Shown: positions 30,850-41,500 of the stretch, one piece after another
How positions within the stretch are numbered: position 1 is the first letter of the stretch
Layout of the letters: every line of letters begins with the position of its first letter
Assembly (NCBI GenBank): GCA_965238005.1
Contig: OZ250165.1
Coordinates: 1,760,001-1,824,000 of the forward strand
Length of the DNA: 64,000 nucleotides
From: Longimicrobiales bacterium
Lineage (GTDB): Bacteria > Gemmatimonadota > Gemmatimonadetes > Longimicrobiales > Gaopeijiaceae
Direction of reading: 5' to 3'
Made by a program: the position numbers and the translations under genes
Notes under the pieces: model-generated
Told to the model about the DNA's origin: nothing
Database searches by the model: none
The model's input: only the letters and a program-made list of their open reading frames with translations

Positions 30850-32155
30850 CCCATGGACGAGGCGGAGCTTGCGACCTGCACCCGCCACACTGACCGGGAA
30901 ACGCCTCCGAAAGAGCCGGTACGGGAAGCCTGGATGCCGATTGGCCGACGGGGCGGCAAGAGCCGGAACGCGGCGATCGCAGCCCTGTTCCTCGCCATCC
31001 GGTTCGACTCTTCTCGACTGGCCCCTGGCGAGACGGCGATCGTCCCCCTTCTCGCCGCAGACCGGCGCCAGGCACGCCAGGTTCTTGGCTACCTCAAGGG
31101 GCTCTGTGAGCTGGAGGAGTTCGCCTCTTACGTCCAACAGGGTACTCAGGGAGCGCGTCGAGCTGCATAACGGGGTCAACATCGAGGTTCACACTGCGAG
31201 CTATCGCACCACGCGGGGCTATACCTGCATCGGCGTGGTGTGTGACGAGATCGCGTTCTGGCGAACCGACGACGGATCGGCGAATCCGGACGTTGAGGTT
31301 CTCCAGGCGCTCCGTCCCGGCATGGCCACCGTACCGGACGCTCTCCTTCTCGGTCTCTCGTCGCCCTACGCGGCGAGGGGCGAGCTTTACAACGCTGTCG
31401 AGCGGTCCTTCGGAAAGGAGGACCCGCGCGTGCTCGTGTGGAACGCGGCCACCGCTTCAATGAACCCCGAGGTGCCCGCTCACATCATCGAGCGCGCCTT
31501 CACGGAGGATCCGGTGTCAGCCGCCTCCGAGTATGTACAGGACGGCCGGGTCCAGTTCCGACGGGACGTCGAGGCGTTCCTGGACGCGGGGGCGGTCCGA
31601 GCCGTGACGGTGGAGGGGAGGCGCGAGATCCCGCCGCGAAACGGCGTGCGGTACACCGCCTTCGTGGACCCGAGCGGCGGGTCCCAAGACTCCTTCACTC
31701 TCGCAATCGCGCACCGCGAGGGGGAGCTGGCGGTGCTCGACGCGGTGCGTGAGGTGCGCCCTCCGTTTTCCCCGGACGAGGTGGTACGAGACTTCGCCGC
31801 GTTCCTTCGAGCGTACCGGATCTACACGGTGACGGGCGACCGCTACGCAGGCGAATGGCCCCGCGAGCGGTTCCGGAGACACGGGGTGAAGTACGAGCCC
31901 TCCACTCGCACGAAGTCGGATATCTATCGCGAGGCGGTGGCTCCGGTGAACGGTGGGACCGTTGCTCTCTTGGACCTCCCGGTGCTCCGCGCGCAGCTCC
32001 TCGGCCTGGAACGCCGGGTGGCACGGAGCGGAAGGGACTCCATCGACCACGCCCCCGGGGGACGCGACGACGTGGCGAACGCTGCAACGGGCGCGCTCAC
32101 GCTTCTGACCGCTGCATGTGCTAACGGGGCTTACGTCATGACCCTCCACATCTAA
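30850..32155 (+). pseudogene. Phage terminase large subunit-like gene, frameshifted and probably 5'-truncated
   Basis: Walker A GRRGGKS, Walker B VVCDEIAFW, LSSP motif, nuclease FVDPSGG...GDRY...DDVANA; frame change near 31135. Confidence 0.8.
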
Positions 32156-32179
32156 GGACCGCGTGAAGGACGACAGACG

Positions 32180-32407
32180 ATGAAGAGCAATGACAAAGAG
32201 GGAGGCGACATGATGGATGGGTCACCGATAGAAGCGGGCATTGAGCAGGCTCTCATGAGTCTGGAGAGAAAGGGCCTCGTGGAGCGAACCGGCGAAATAC
32301 GAGACGGTCGTGAAGAATGGAGACTAACCCGGTTCGCCCAAGACCTCAGTGAGTTTAACCCGCAACTCGAAGCTCTGATCTGCCGCGATGGACCGTTCCT
32401 GAACTGA
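32180..32407 (+). CDS. Small winged-helix-like protein
   Basis: ALMSLERKGLVERTGE...WRLT; RBS present. Confidence 0.5.
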   Translation: MKSNDKEGGDMMDGSPIEAGIEQALMSLERKGLVERTGEIRDGREEWRLTRFAQDLSEFNPQLEALICRDGPFLN

Positions 32408-32644
32408 AGAGCACATGCGGAACCTCCCGACGCCCCTCAAGAGGAACCCCCTTTTTTCTGGATGTTAGAGATACCCCCTGCGCGGTCATGTTGCTGCTGA
32501 GAATTAATGATCAGTGGATAATGGTTTGGAGATCCGGCAGAGGAATCAGGCTGAGAAGATTCATGCCGCTGAAGCATGAGGCCGTGAGTTCGACTCTGGT
32601 CGCTGTCAGCATCGGCAGCGGCGAGTACCGTTAGGTTTACGGTC

Positions 32645-32881
32645 ATGGACTTGACGCCTGATGAGCAACCTGTCGTCCGTCGTGCTGTGGCGGCATACCA
32701 CGAGACGAAAAAGGGGCACGAGGGGCCATTCAGAGGCACGACTGCCGACGAGATTCTCGAAGAATTGAAGCCGTCTCCCGTCCGTTGGGTTGAACTCGCC
32801 GCGTTCGTGATCCGAACGGCAGAAGGACCCAAACGAAGGAATCGATACCGTCGTGCACGTCGCGTGCGGTTGGCATCTTGA
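32645..32881 (+). CDS. Hypothetical small basic protein
   Basis: 78-aa ORF only. Confidence 0.35.
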   Translation: MDLTPDEQPVVRRAVAAYHETKKGHEGPFRGTTADEILEELKPSPVRWVELAAFVIRTAEGPKRRNRYRRARRVRLAS

Positions 32882-32965
32882 TCGCGCAGTAGAATCGCAA
32901 ATCCGCTGGGATGCGAACCTAGTCGCGGCGTCTGGGCTCAAGGGAGCGGTAACGGGAACACACGC

Positions 32966-33775
32966 GTGAGGCACCATACTCCCGAGGATCGCGAGTTCTT
33001 CGTGGAGCGGTACGGCCGACCGATCTCAGATGCGGCGCGGAAGCTTGAGCGAGCGGTGTTCGGGCACGAGGTTGGACTAAACGGATTCACTACCGTCGCT
33101 CAGGCTCACCGTCTCTCCGATCTGCTTGAGTTGGGGTCCCAATCAACCTTGCTGGACGTCGGCGCGGGGCGTGGGTGGCCGGGCCTCTATATCGCGCGGT
33201 CAAGCCAGTGTCGAGTCGTGTTATCTGACATTCCGATCGAGGCTCTCCGGCAAGCTCCATACTACGCAGAACAACAAGGAGTCGCCGGGCTGGTGAGCGC
33301 CGTTTGCGCGGACGGCGTGGCTCTGCCCTTTGTCCCTGCCTCTTTCGACGCACTGGTCCATACGGACGTGCTGTGTTGAGCCCAAGACAAGCTCTCCGTG
33401 CTGAGAGCGTGTCGCGAAGTTACCAAGCCGGGCGGGCGAATTGGTGGGTATACGATTCACACGCCGAGCGGTCTCGATCGAGATGCAGCGAAACGTGCGT
33501 CGGAACTGGGACCGAGCGAGGTAGGTGCCGGTCAATCACCGGCCGATTTACTCCGAGCGGCCGGTCTTGTGGTGTACGTCGACGAGGACGTGACCGATGC
33601 ATTCCACGAGAGTCTCGAAGCATTTCGAGCTGCAATGGATGAGCTGGAGGACGACTTGCGCCGCGAAGAGGGCGACGCCGTTTTCGAGGAGTGGCAGGAG
33701 AGGCGAACCAACATGGTTCAAGGGGTCTCGGAGGGGCTACTGCGGCGGTCACTTTTGGTAGCGGTTAAGGCATAG
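32966..33775 (+). CDS. Class I SAM-dependent methyltransferase with in-frame TGA (candidate selenoprotein, DVLC-U)
   Basis: LLDVGAGRGWPG motif I, ADGVALPF...FD, then DVLC-TGA(33377-33379)-AQDKLSVLRACREVTKPGGR in the same frame; 269 aa on readthrough. Confidence 0.8.
33386..33413 (+). promoter_or_regulatory. Putative bacterial SECIS hairpin
   Basis: GACA-A-GCTCTC-[CGTGCT]-GAGAGC-G-TGTC; 17 nt between UGA and the loop; G at loop position 2. Confidence 0.6.
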
Positions 33776-34385
33776 CTGCGTACTCGGGGCCGGTTCGCAT
33801 TGTGACCACGATCTCCCGCAACATCCTACACGCCCACAAGCAGGTGTGGACGCTCTCGATCCTGGCGAGTGATACCGTGAATCGACGCTTCGAGGTACGC
33901 AGAGGCGGTGGAAGAGGACGGCGCGTTCATCGATTACTACTCAACGTTCGTCTTCTCATCAGTCCCATGTTTCCTACGTGCTTGCAAGGGTGGCAAGATC
34001 ACGTCATGGTGGTGAAGGCGCTCACTCTTCGTTGACTTGCCTAGAGCTGGCGAGGAGTTCTGCGAGCGCAGGCTCGGCGAGGATCTTCGAGATATGGCGA
34101 GGCGTGCGGTATCCCGAGCTTGAGGCGTCCGATCCGGGCGGCCTCGCATATGCCGGGCTCGTGCGTCTCGTCTTGTTTGATGGAGTCGTAGCTGAGGCGT
34201 CTGGCTGAGCGGCTGCCATGCGCCGGATGGGGACACCATGGAAAAGGCTCCCGTGACCTACAGGGTGGTTGGCGCCAAGAAGCCCGAGGTGCCTTGAGAG
34301 AGAGACCTTAGAGACCCTTTCCGAGTCCGGCGCCCTGCTTGAGCGCGCAATCTCGGAGTGCTCGATCACGACTAGGAGGACTACG

Positions 34386-36638
34386 ATGCTTCGCCCGCGC
34401 GCCCAACCCCCGCTGACCTCCATCCTGGCCCTGGCCTCGGTAGTGAGCCTCGCGTGCGGGGATTCGACCACGTCACCGCCAGAATCGCCCGTGGTAACCT
34501 CAGTGGTCGTGACCCCCGGCGCGCACACGTTCGTGGGTCGCACGGGCACGGTGGCGCTGAGTGCCCAGGTAACGGCTTCGGACGGAAGCACGGTCTCCGG
34601 TACGAGCGTCACCTGGACGTCGTCTGACCCCGGGGTGGCCACGGTAAGCCCATCCGGCACCGTCTCGGCGGTGGCGGCGGGGAGGGTGACCATCACGGCC
34701 ACGGTCGAGGGGATTAGTGGAACCGCGGAGGTGACGGTCGGTCGACTCGTCACGACAGCCGGGGGCACGGTCGCGTCGGCGGATGGAGCCATCCAGCTGA
34801 TCATTCCGCCCGGAGCCCTGGCGACGGACGCCTACATCACTCTGGACGAGCCGTCCAATCTGCCCGGAGATCCGGATGAAATCCCCGGGGCCGCGGTGGA
34901 CATCGGCCCATCCACGCTCGCTCTACAAGGCGACGTCGAGCTCCTGGTAGGATACACGCCGCTCTCCATTCCCGTCGGTAAGTCGCCCCTTTCCCTCCGC
35001 GCCTTCCATCTGGAGGCTGGCGAATGGGTCAAGGTGGCGAAGAGCCTGGCTGAGATCGACGCAGGCCGTGTGCGCTCCACCGTGGCCCAACCGGGCGTAT
35101 ATGGCCTGCTGATCGACCGTCTCAGCAGCGACGCAACGTCCATGATGGCCAACTTCCTCACGGCCCGTGGAGCTACGGGGGCTCTGCTACCGCTGGCCAG
35201 GCACAAGCCCCGGGATCTGGATCTGGACGACCAGGCCCTGATCGACGCCCTGGCAGAGGAGTTGGGCACCGACCGGGTCGCCGTCGCGACCGTCGATCCT
35301 GCCGTGTACGACGCGACGCCCCCGGCAGTGGATCCGGCAGACCTGGAGATTCGAATCTTCGGAAGCGCCGACCTGTCCCCGGATGAGAGCGGGGCGGAGC
35401 AGGTGGCCGACCCGGACCCGCAGATCGCGGCGGGCGTGAAGGCGATCCTCGATCTCATGCGCAGTCTTGACGGATTCAACCTGCCCGAGGGCCAGCTTTC
35501 CGACATGGAGTTCGCCTGGCGCGACACGGAGTTCCACGAGGAGGGAGCCCAGTCTGGGGGCTTAATGGTGCCGGCCGATGCGGACGCCATTTCCTTCCCT
35601 CTCGGCCCGGCGAGTCAGTTCGGGTTGTTCACTGTGGATTTCAGTGTCGTCGTGATCTACGACGGTCACAGTCACACCGTATTCACGGAGGAGGACGCCC
35701 AGAACCTCAGGAACGGCGACATCCTCGACGCGGACGGGACCCTCAGCGGATCCGCCAAGACCGCGCTTCACGAGTTGATCCACATCACCCTCAAGATCCG
35801 GCTTCGGGAGAGCAAGGACGACGACGACGACCTGTTGGTGGCTGCGCTCGAGGCGGCCTTGGTTGCCAAGATCAACCTGGAGCTGGACCGGAAGGCCAAC
35901 GGCGGCGTCGCCAGCCCGAACCGGGTCAGCGCTTACTCGAGCAGGCTCGAGACCGTCATTGAGCGGGGCGGCGCGGACTGCCTCCACTTGGTCGGCCTTC
36001 CCGACGCGGCCGGTATGCTGATCGTCACGATTCCCGAGTCAGTGGAGGCCGACGGAACATTCACCGTCAGCGTTACCGCCCAGGGCACTGACGGGCTGCC
36101 GCTGTCCGGCACAGACGTCTACATCAACCAGTCCCACTTCGACGGGGACAACAACCCCGTCTTCGGAGTTGAGGATCCCGACCGACCGGCGCCCGTGGTC
36201 GTGAAGACGGATCTGGGCGGGGATGCCAGCCTCGAGGTCCAGGCCACGTCCACCACCGGCAGGGTCAACATCCGTGTGCAGGTCGGGGGCAAGACGTTTA
36301 CCGGCTCCGTGAACGTGACTCCCATGCAGACATACCGGATCAAGGCGGCGGCCGCTCCGCCGCTCACCACGTACACGCTGTCCCCTGGAATCCCAGTGGG
36401 AGCAAGCTTCTTCGCGTGGTCCGGGGCGAACTGCGGATCGGTGACCGGCTCCACAACGAGCACCATGGTCTGGGATCATGGCGGATCAGACTGTGCGCAC
36501 GCGGGTGAAGCGCATCCCGACGCCACAATTTCGCTGCTTCTTACGGGGACGTTCCCAATCTCGGGGGGGTCGTTTGAGCTGCGCTGCGTGTACACCGGTG
36601 CGGCGTCCGGGGAAGGCCCGGAGTGCACCCGAATGTAG
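34386..36638 (+). CDS. Ig-like (Big_2) domain lipoprotein with HExxH motif
   Basis: SLAC lipobox, VTWTSSDPGVATVSPSGTV, ALHELIHI, further Ig-like C-terminal domains; AGGAGG RBS. Confidence 0.8.
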   Translation: MLRPRAQPPLTSILALASVVSLACGDSTTSPPESPVVTSVVVTPGAHTFVGRTGTVALSAQVTASDGSTVSGTSVTWTSSDPGVATVSPSGTVSAVAAGRVTITATVEGISGTAEVTVGRLVTTAGGTVASADGAIQLIIPPGALATDAYITLDEPSNLPGDPDEIPGAAVDIGPSTLALQGDVELLVGYTPLSIPVGKSPLSLRAFHLEAGEWVKVAKSLAEIDAGRVRSTVAQPGVYGLLIDRLSSDATSMMANFLTARGATGALLPLARHKPRDLDLDDQALIDALAEELGTDRVAVATVDPAVYDATPPAVDPADLEIRIFGSADLSPDESGAEQVADPDPQIAAGVKAILDLMRSLDGFNLPEGQLSDMEFAWRDTEFHEEGAQSGGLMVPADADAISFPLGPASQFGLFTVDFSVVVIYDGHSHTVFTEEDAQNLRNGDILDADGTLSGSAKTALHELIHITLKIRLRESKDDDDDLLVAALEAALVAKINLELDRKANGGVASPNRVSAYSSRLETVIERGGADCLHLVGLPDAAGMLIVTIPESVEADGTFTVSVTAQGTDGLPLSGTDVYINQSHFDGDNNPVFGVEDPDRPAPVVVKTDLGGDASLEVQATSTTGRVNIRVQVGGKTFTGSVNVTPMQTYRIKAAAAPPLTTYTLSPGIPVGASFFAWSGANCGSVTGSTTSTMVWDHGGSDCAHAGEAHPDATISLLLTGTFPISGGSFELRCVYTGAASGEGPECTRM

Positions 36639-36659
36639 TGAGCCCATGTTCTTACGCAG

Positions 36660-36718
36660 CGGAGCCGGTGGGACTCGAACCCACAAGTCCGTTAGGACGC
36701 CGGTTTTCGAGACCGGTG
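36660..36718 (-). other. 3' fragment of tRNA-Ser(CGA), att-like remnant
   Basis: Minus strand CCGGT-CTCGAAA-ACCGG anticodon arm, variable arm, GTGGGTTCGAGTCCCAC T arm, CGGCTCCG; no 5' acceptor strand or D arm. Confidence 0.8.
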
Positions 36719-37024
36719 AGGGCATGCCCTCTAGATCCGTCGAAGGCTCTGATGGCACTCCCACGCTGGCCGCCTTGGACTCGGATCTCCCTCACATGAG
36801 CAGGCGATTGCCACCGACAGTGGCGTCGAAAGCGGGCCTGAGCCCACCCGTCAAGAGAACGCACCAGAGCGGGTAGTAACGAGTAGACGATCTGGTAAAG
36901 GTCTTCGTTCCCCGTGGCATGCCAGGAACTCCATTTTCTGTGCTCTCGAATTCTCAACGGGATTGCCGACCTCGAGCACGTGCGTTCGTTACGCCGGCGT
37001 AAGGTGAGGGGGTACCGCCGTTAC

Positions 37025-37921
37025 CGCAGGTGGGAACGAATTTCGCAACGGAGGGATAAAGAAACGCACCAACCCGCAACAGCACGGAGGTCGAGAATGA
37101 GACACACTCGAAGAAAGTTTCTCGCGACAACCTTGACCGTTCTCGCCACCAGCGCGTTGTCGTGCGGCGGCGGCGGCGACGACGAGGGCTCCGACGGCGT
37201 CACCCCACCGACCGATGTGGACTGCCTTTCCAACGGAGCTACGGCGGACATTGGGGGATTTGGACCAACGAGCCACGCGTTGAGGATCTCCCCAGAAGAC
37301 GTGCGGGCAGGCGTGGACAAGACCTACGAAGTCTTTAGCCCGAGCACCCATGCACACAACGTGACGCTCACGGCCGACCACTTCGCCTCGCTCCAGGCCA
37401 ATCAGTCCGTAACGGTCCCCGTCAGCATCTTCCAGGGCGCCTTTAGTGACCACACTCACAACGCAGTGGTCAGCTGCCTCTGACGAGTGGAGCTAATCAC
37501 CTTGCTGCGCGTGCCAGCGCCTGGTCCATGCCCGACGCCAGCGTCTCGGAGTCTCGTCGAAGAGCTGTGAAGCGTTCCGCAGGTTTGTTCTCGACGAATG
37601 CCCGGCCATGGAGACGATGCAATGCATCTGTGAGGGCTCGAAACACTTCGGAGGAACGACGGGCGAGAGTGTTACCATGACGCGGGAACACGGTGGAGCC
37701 TTCTCCTCCGGCTTCACCAAGGGCTTCGACATCTCGCGGCTGGAAGTCGAGAGAAGCGACGGGTCCACAGTGTTCTTTGACGTTCGAACTCGATACCGTC
37801 CTTCAGTTCTGGGAGGACTTCTTCGAGAAGTCCCTTGAGCCGCGAGGTGACCTGACCGTCTAGCGAGCCCCAGTAGCCCCACCACCTAACCCGCACATAT
37901 CAGGGATTTCCCCACTAGCGC
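37025..37921 (+). repeat. ~890-bp direct repeat, copy 2
   Basis: Matches 28298-29186. Confidence 0.95.
37097..37483 (+). CDS. Tat-type lipoprotein with His-x-His motifs, copy 2
   Basis: Paralog of 28368-28751 with several substitutions (THAH instead of NHPH). Confidence 0.75.
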   Translation: MRHTRRKFLATTLTVLATSALSCGGGGDDEGSDGVTPPTDVDCLSNGATADIGGFGPTSHALRISPEDVRAGVDKTYEVFSPSTHAHNVTLTADHFASLQANQSVTVPVSIFQGAFSDHTHNAVVSCL

Positions 37922-37977
37922 TGACACCTGCTGCGTGGCATCGTGAGTCCTTGTACTGCTGCTGGAGGGAATGCTTG

Positions 37978-38199
37978 ATGGCCAAGCTCCCACACTGGAC
38001 CTCACCCGCTGCAACTGTCGTGATCGCCTCAACCGTTGAGGATGTCGCGGCCTTTTTCGATCGCTCACCCGTGACGGTGCGCGGCTGGATTCGCGGTGGG
38101 CGGTTGCGAGCGTACCGATTCCGGGGCAGGGAATACCGGATCACGGAGTCAGCCGTGGAGGAATTTCGGCAGCGGCAGCGAGGCGACGGCCAGCAGTAA
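37978..38199 (+). CDS. Excisionase-like helix-turn-helix protein
   Basis: TVEDVAAFFDRSPVTVRGWIRGGRLRAYR...EYRITESAVEEF; ends 100 bp before attR. Confidence 0.85.
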   Translation: MAKLPHWTSPAATVVIASTVEDVAAFFDRSPVTVRGWIRGGRLRAYRFRGREYRITESAVEEFRQRQRGDGQQ

Positions 38200-38298
38200 C
38201 AAGCATAGTAACAGCGCCCACCATCGCGGGTGATCGCCCACGAGCGTCACCCCCAGCATTCAAGCGGCTATGAGCGTTGGTGAGCGTCCATCCTAATT

Positions 38299-38342
38299 CT
38301 TCTAATCCGTAGGTCGCAGGTTCGAGTCCTGCCGGGCGCGCT
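38299..38342 (+). repeat. attR core (44 bp tRNA-Arg 3' duplicate)
   Basis: Identical to 16196-16239. Confidence 0.95.
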
Positions 38343-38350
38343 TCTTCTTC

Positions 38351-38397
38351 GACATGCACGTCCGTACGTATACTCACGACGCAGAGATACGTACGCC
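38351..38397. repeat. 47-bp dispersed motif, copy 2
   Basis: 37/47 identity to 9579-9625. Confidence 0.7.
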
Positions 38398-38561
38398 TCT
38401 CCGAAAGAGCAACTCGGGGGCGACTCCCGCACCGTGAATCCGAGACAAAAGCCCCCGGTGTGGGCGGCCAGGAGGACCAGTGCTGCTGCGGCCCGCCGCG
38501 CTCAACGCCCTCTGGGCCAGGAGCATGGCCGGAACGAACGCCATGCCCGATCGTGTCCCTT

Positions 38562-41500
38562 CTACGGGGTCCGGCAAGTGCCGGTAGGCACGCCCTGAAT
38601 GAACGTCGCGATGCTTGCCAATGCGATGTCCGGGCTGAGGGGATTCACCGACTGGAGGAAATCCGCCACGTCGGATGCGAGTGACACCATCCCCATTCCC
38701 CCGTTCAGCCCCTCGACGGATACGGTGCTGCTGCCCTCCTGGTGCAGATGGATGGATTCGGAGTCACCCACGGTGATCGTGTTCGAGCGGATGTTCGTAC
38801 ACAACGTGGTCAATTGGTCGCCGGTCACGTTGATCCCCGGGTCTATGGAGCTCAGATTGAGCGAGATGATCTCGGTCTCGACCGTCAAATCCAACTTGGA
38901 ATTGTCGGACAGACTGGAGCCTAGTAACGCCTGCACGCCGAACGACCCACCATTGATGTTGTTCCCGGAGGTTCGTACGATCGCGTCCGCCCCACCATTG
39001 AAGAACATGTCGATCCCAGTCGAGAAGAGCGGGCCGCCGGAGATCGTGTTCCCGGTGATCGAGCCGCTCATCAGCCCAGAGCTGGTGCTCCGCAGGTCCA
39101 CAGCGTTGAAAGAGTTGCCGGTGAACCCGTTCCCCATCACTTGGAACGTCAGGGTTCCGCCGCCAGAGTTGTCGAGGGAAATCCCATCGCCGTTGCTGGT
39201 GAACGAGTTGCCGCCCTGTACCGTCAGAGCGAGCGTGGACGAGGCGGTACTGAAGCCGCTGAGACCGAGTGAGTTGGTGTCGAACGTGGTCCCCGTGACC
39301 GTAGCGGTCACCGAGGCGTTGGTGCCGGTCTGGATGTCCACTCCGATCCCGCCCTTCGACGAGGAGTTGCTGAACGTGCTTCCCGTAATCGTCAGCGCCA
39401 GCGGCCCTACGTCGTTCTGAACGTTGACATTGTTCTGAGTCGACCCGTCCACGGTCGAGTTGGAGATGGTCGCAGACCCCACGTGATCGATCAGTTGGAC
39501 CCCCGCATCCGCGAAGTTCCCGCTGTTGGTGACGTTGCTGTTCTGCAGCGTGAACGTCCCGCTGGTGCTGTTCAGGCTGATGCCGGCGGTCGTGGAGTTG
39601 TTGATGTCCAGGCTCGTGAACGTGAATGTGCCGCCGCCGCCGCTGATGTCGATGCCCCTGCCGGTCGTGTTCAGGATCGATCCACCCGAGCCCGCCGCAC
39701 CGGTGCCGGTAACCGCGAAATCGCCGGATCCCGTGTTGTTCAGCACGATGCCGTTGGTGGCGCCGCTCACCGACACCGACTGGAACGTGAAGCCGCTCCC
39801 GCCGATATCCGTGTTCTGGATGTTGATTCCGATGCCGATCGTGGTGCTCACGGTGTTGGTGCCCGTGACGTTGACGGTGCCGCCGCCGGTGGCGGAGAAA
39901 CCGGTGTTCGGGCCGGTACCCAGGGTGAGGTCTCCGCTGAAGTTGATCGTAGCGCCGGTGTTGTTGAGCAGGTTGATCCCGGCATTGACGGACACCGAGC
40001 ACGTGTCGCACAGCTCGGTGATCGGGCCGCTGAAGGTCATCGTTCCGCCGGTGGTGTTCTGAACGAACACGACATCGCTCGAGCGGGTCGACGTAATCGA
40101 CCCGGCGTAGGACATATTGGTGCTACCACCCGTGATGCGGATGGACGACCCAAGCGTGCTGGTAATACTCCCCCCACTCATGGTCAGATCGCCGGTCGTG
40201 CCATTCAGGCGGATCCCTACGGACGAGAAGCTGGAGGAAATGACCGACGCGAAAGTCATTTCCAGGTCCACCGCAAAGACGTCGATCGCCGAGCTTAACA
40301 AGGATTCCAACCTGCTGCTCGGGTCCGTGACCCGCACCGTGCCGGCACCCGAGATCGCGAGGGCGGGCACGTTTCCCGTGGTAATGTCCAGCGTGCCGAA
40401 CGTAATCGTTCCCGTGGGGTTATCGATCGCAACTCCGCCAGTCGGGCCGCCGAGACGGGCGAGTACAGGATCCTGCACCGGCTGGAACACCGGCGCCCCT
40501 GCCGCAGCCATAGCTAACGCAGGCGGAGGCATCGTCACGTCCGCGAAGGTCACTGGCGCTGTACCGCCGATGATGTCCACTCCCGAGCCCGACGGGTTGT
40601 CGATGGTGACCGGCGTATTCACGGTGATGGCGCCGGCCGCGCTGAAGATGTCGATGCCCGATCCTCCCGCGTCGGTGATCGAGCCTCCGTTGAACGTCAC
40701 CGTGCCGCCGGTGGTGCTCTGAATGACCAAGACCCGCTTGAAGGCGGCAACGTTCGAAATGCCACCCGCACTCACGTTGACGTCGACCGTCGGCGACCCA
40801 CCATTCACCCGGAACGCGTCATCGGACCCGCCCGCGATCGCCAGGTCGGTGAACGTGAACGTGCCGCCTGAACTCTGGATGTTGACGCCAAAGGAGCCCG
40901 ATCCCTGCACGTCCAAGCTGTTGAACGTGAATGTGCCCGCCGCGGTGATCAGAGAGATTCCGGCGCCGGCCGGATTCGAGAGGTTGACCTGATCCACCGT
41001 GCCACCGGAGATCCCCGATCCGGAGATTGCGGCTCCTAGTGGTGCGTCATCTGAACAGCCCTGACACCGTGTTGCCGCTGCCCAGCGTAACCGCGTCACC
41101 CAGCACGTTGACGTTGGTGATCTTGGGCGCCACACCGGCCGGCACGATCGTGCCGAGCCCCGCGATCGTGAGCCCTACACCCTCACCCAACAGCTTCTGG
41201 TTGTCGAGCAGCGTAATGCCGCTGTCGTAGTGCAGCGCCGTGCCATCGCCCGTGTGGAAGAAAATCGTATGGCCGGCTGCCGGACCCACGACCAAATCGA
41301 AGTCGACAATGCTCCCGAACGGATCCTCGGAGGCGCCAGTGCCGCTCCCGAGCCCCGCCCGGTTGTCCAGATACCACACCATATCAACGATGTCGATCGT
41401 AACGGTGGCCGTGGCTCCGCCCGCCACCGTGTACTGGAACGAGTCCGTGATGTTGTCATTGAGCGGCGGCGTGTACAGGAACTCACCGTCCGGCTCGATC

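Noticed and set aside
36660..36760. Functional tRNA or tRNA-Sec (selC)
   Set aside because: The anticodon is CGA (Ser), not UCA, and the 5' half is missing.
38299..38342. Second tRNA-Arg gene
   Set aside because: Only the 3' 44 bp are present; it is the att duplicate.
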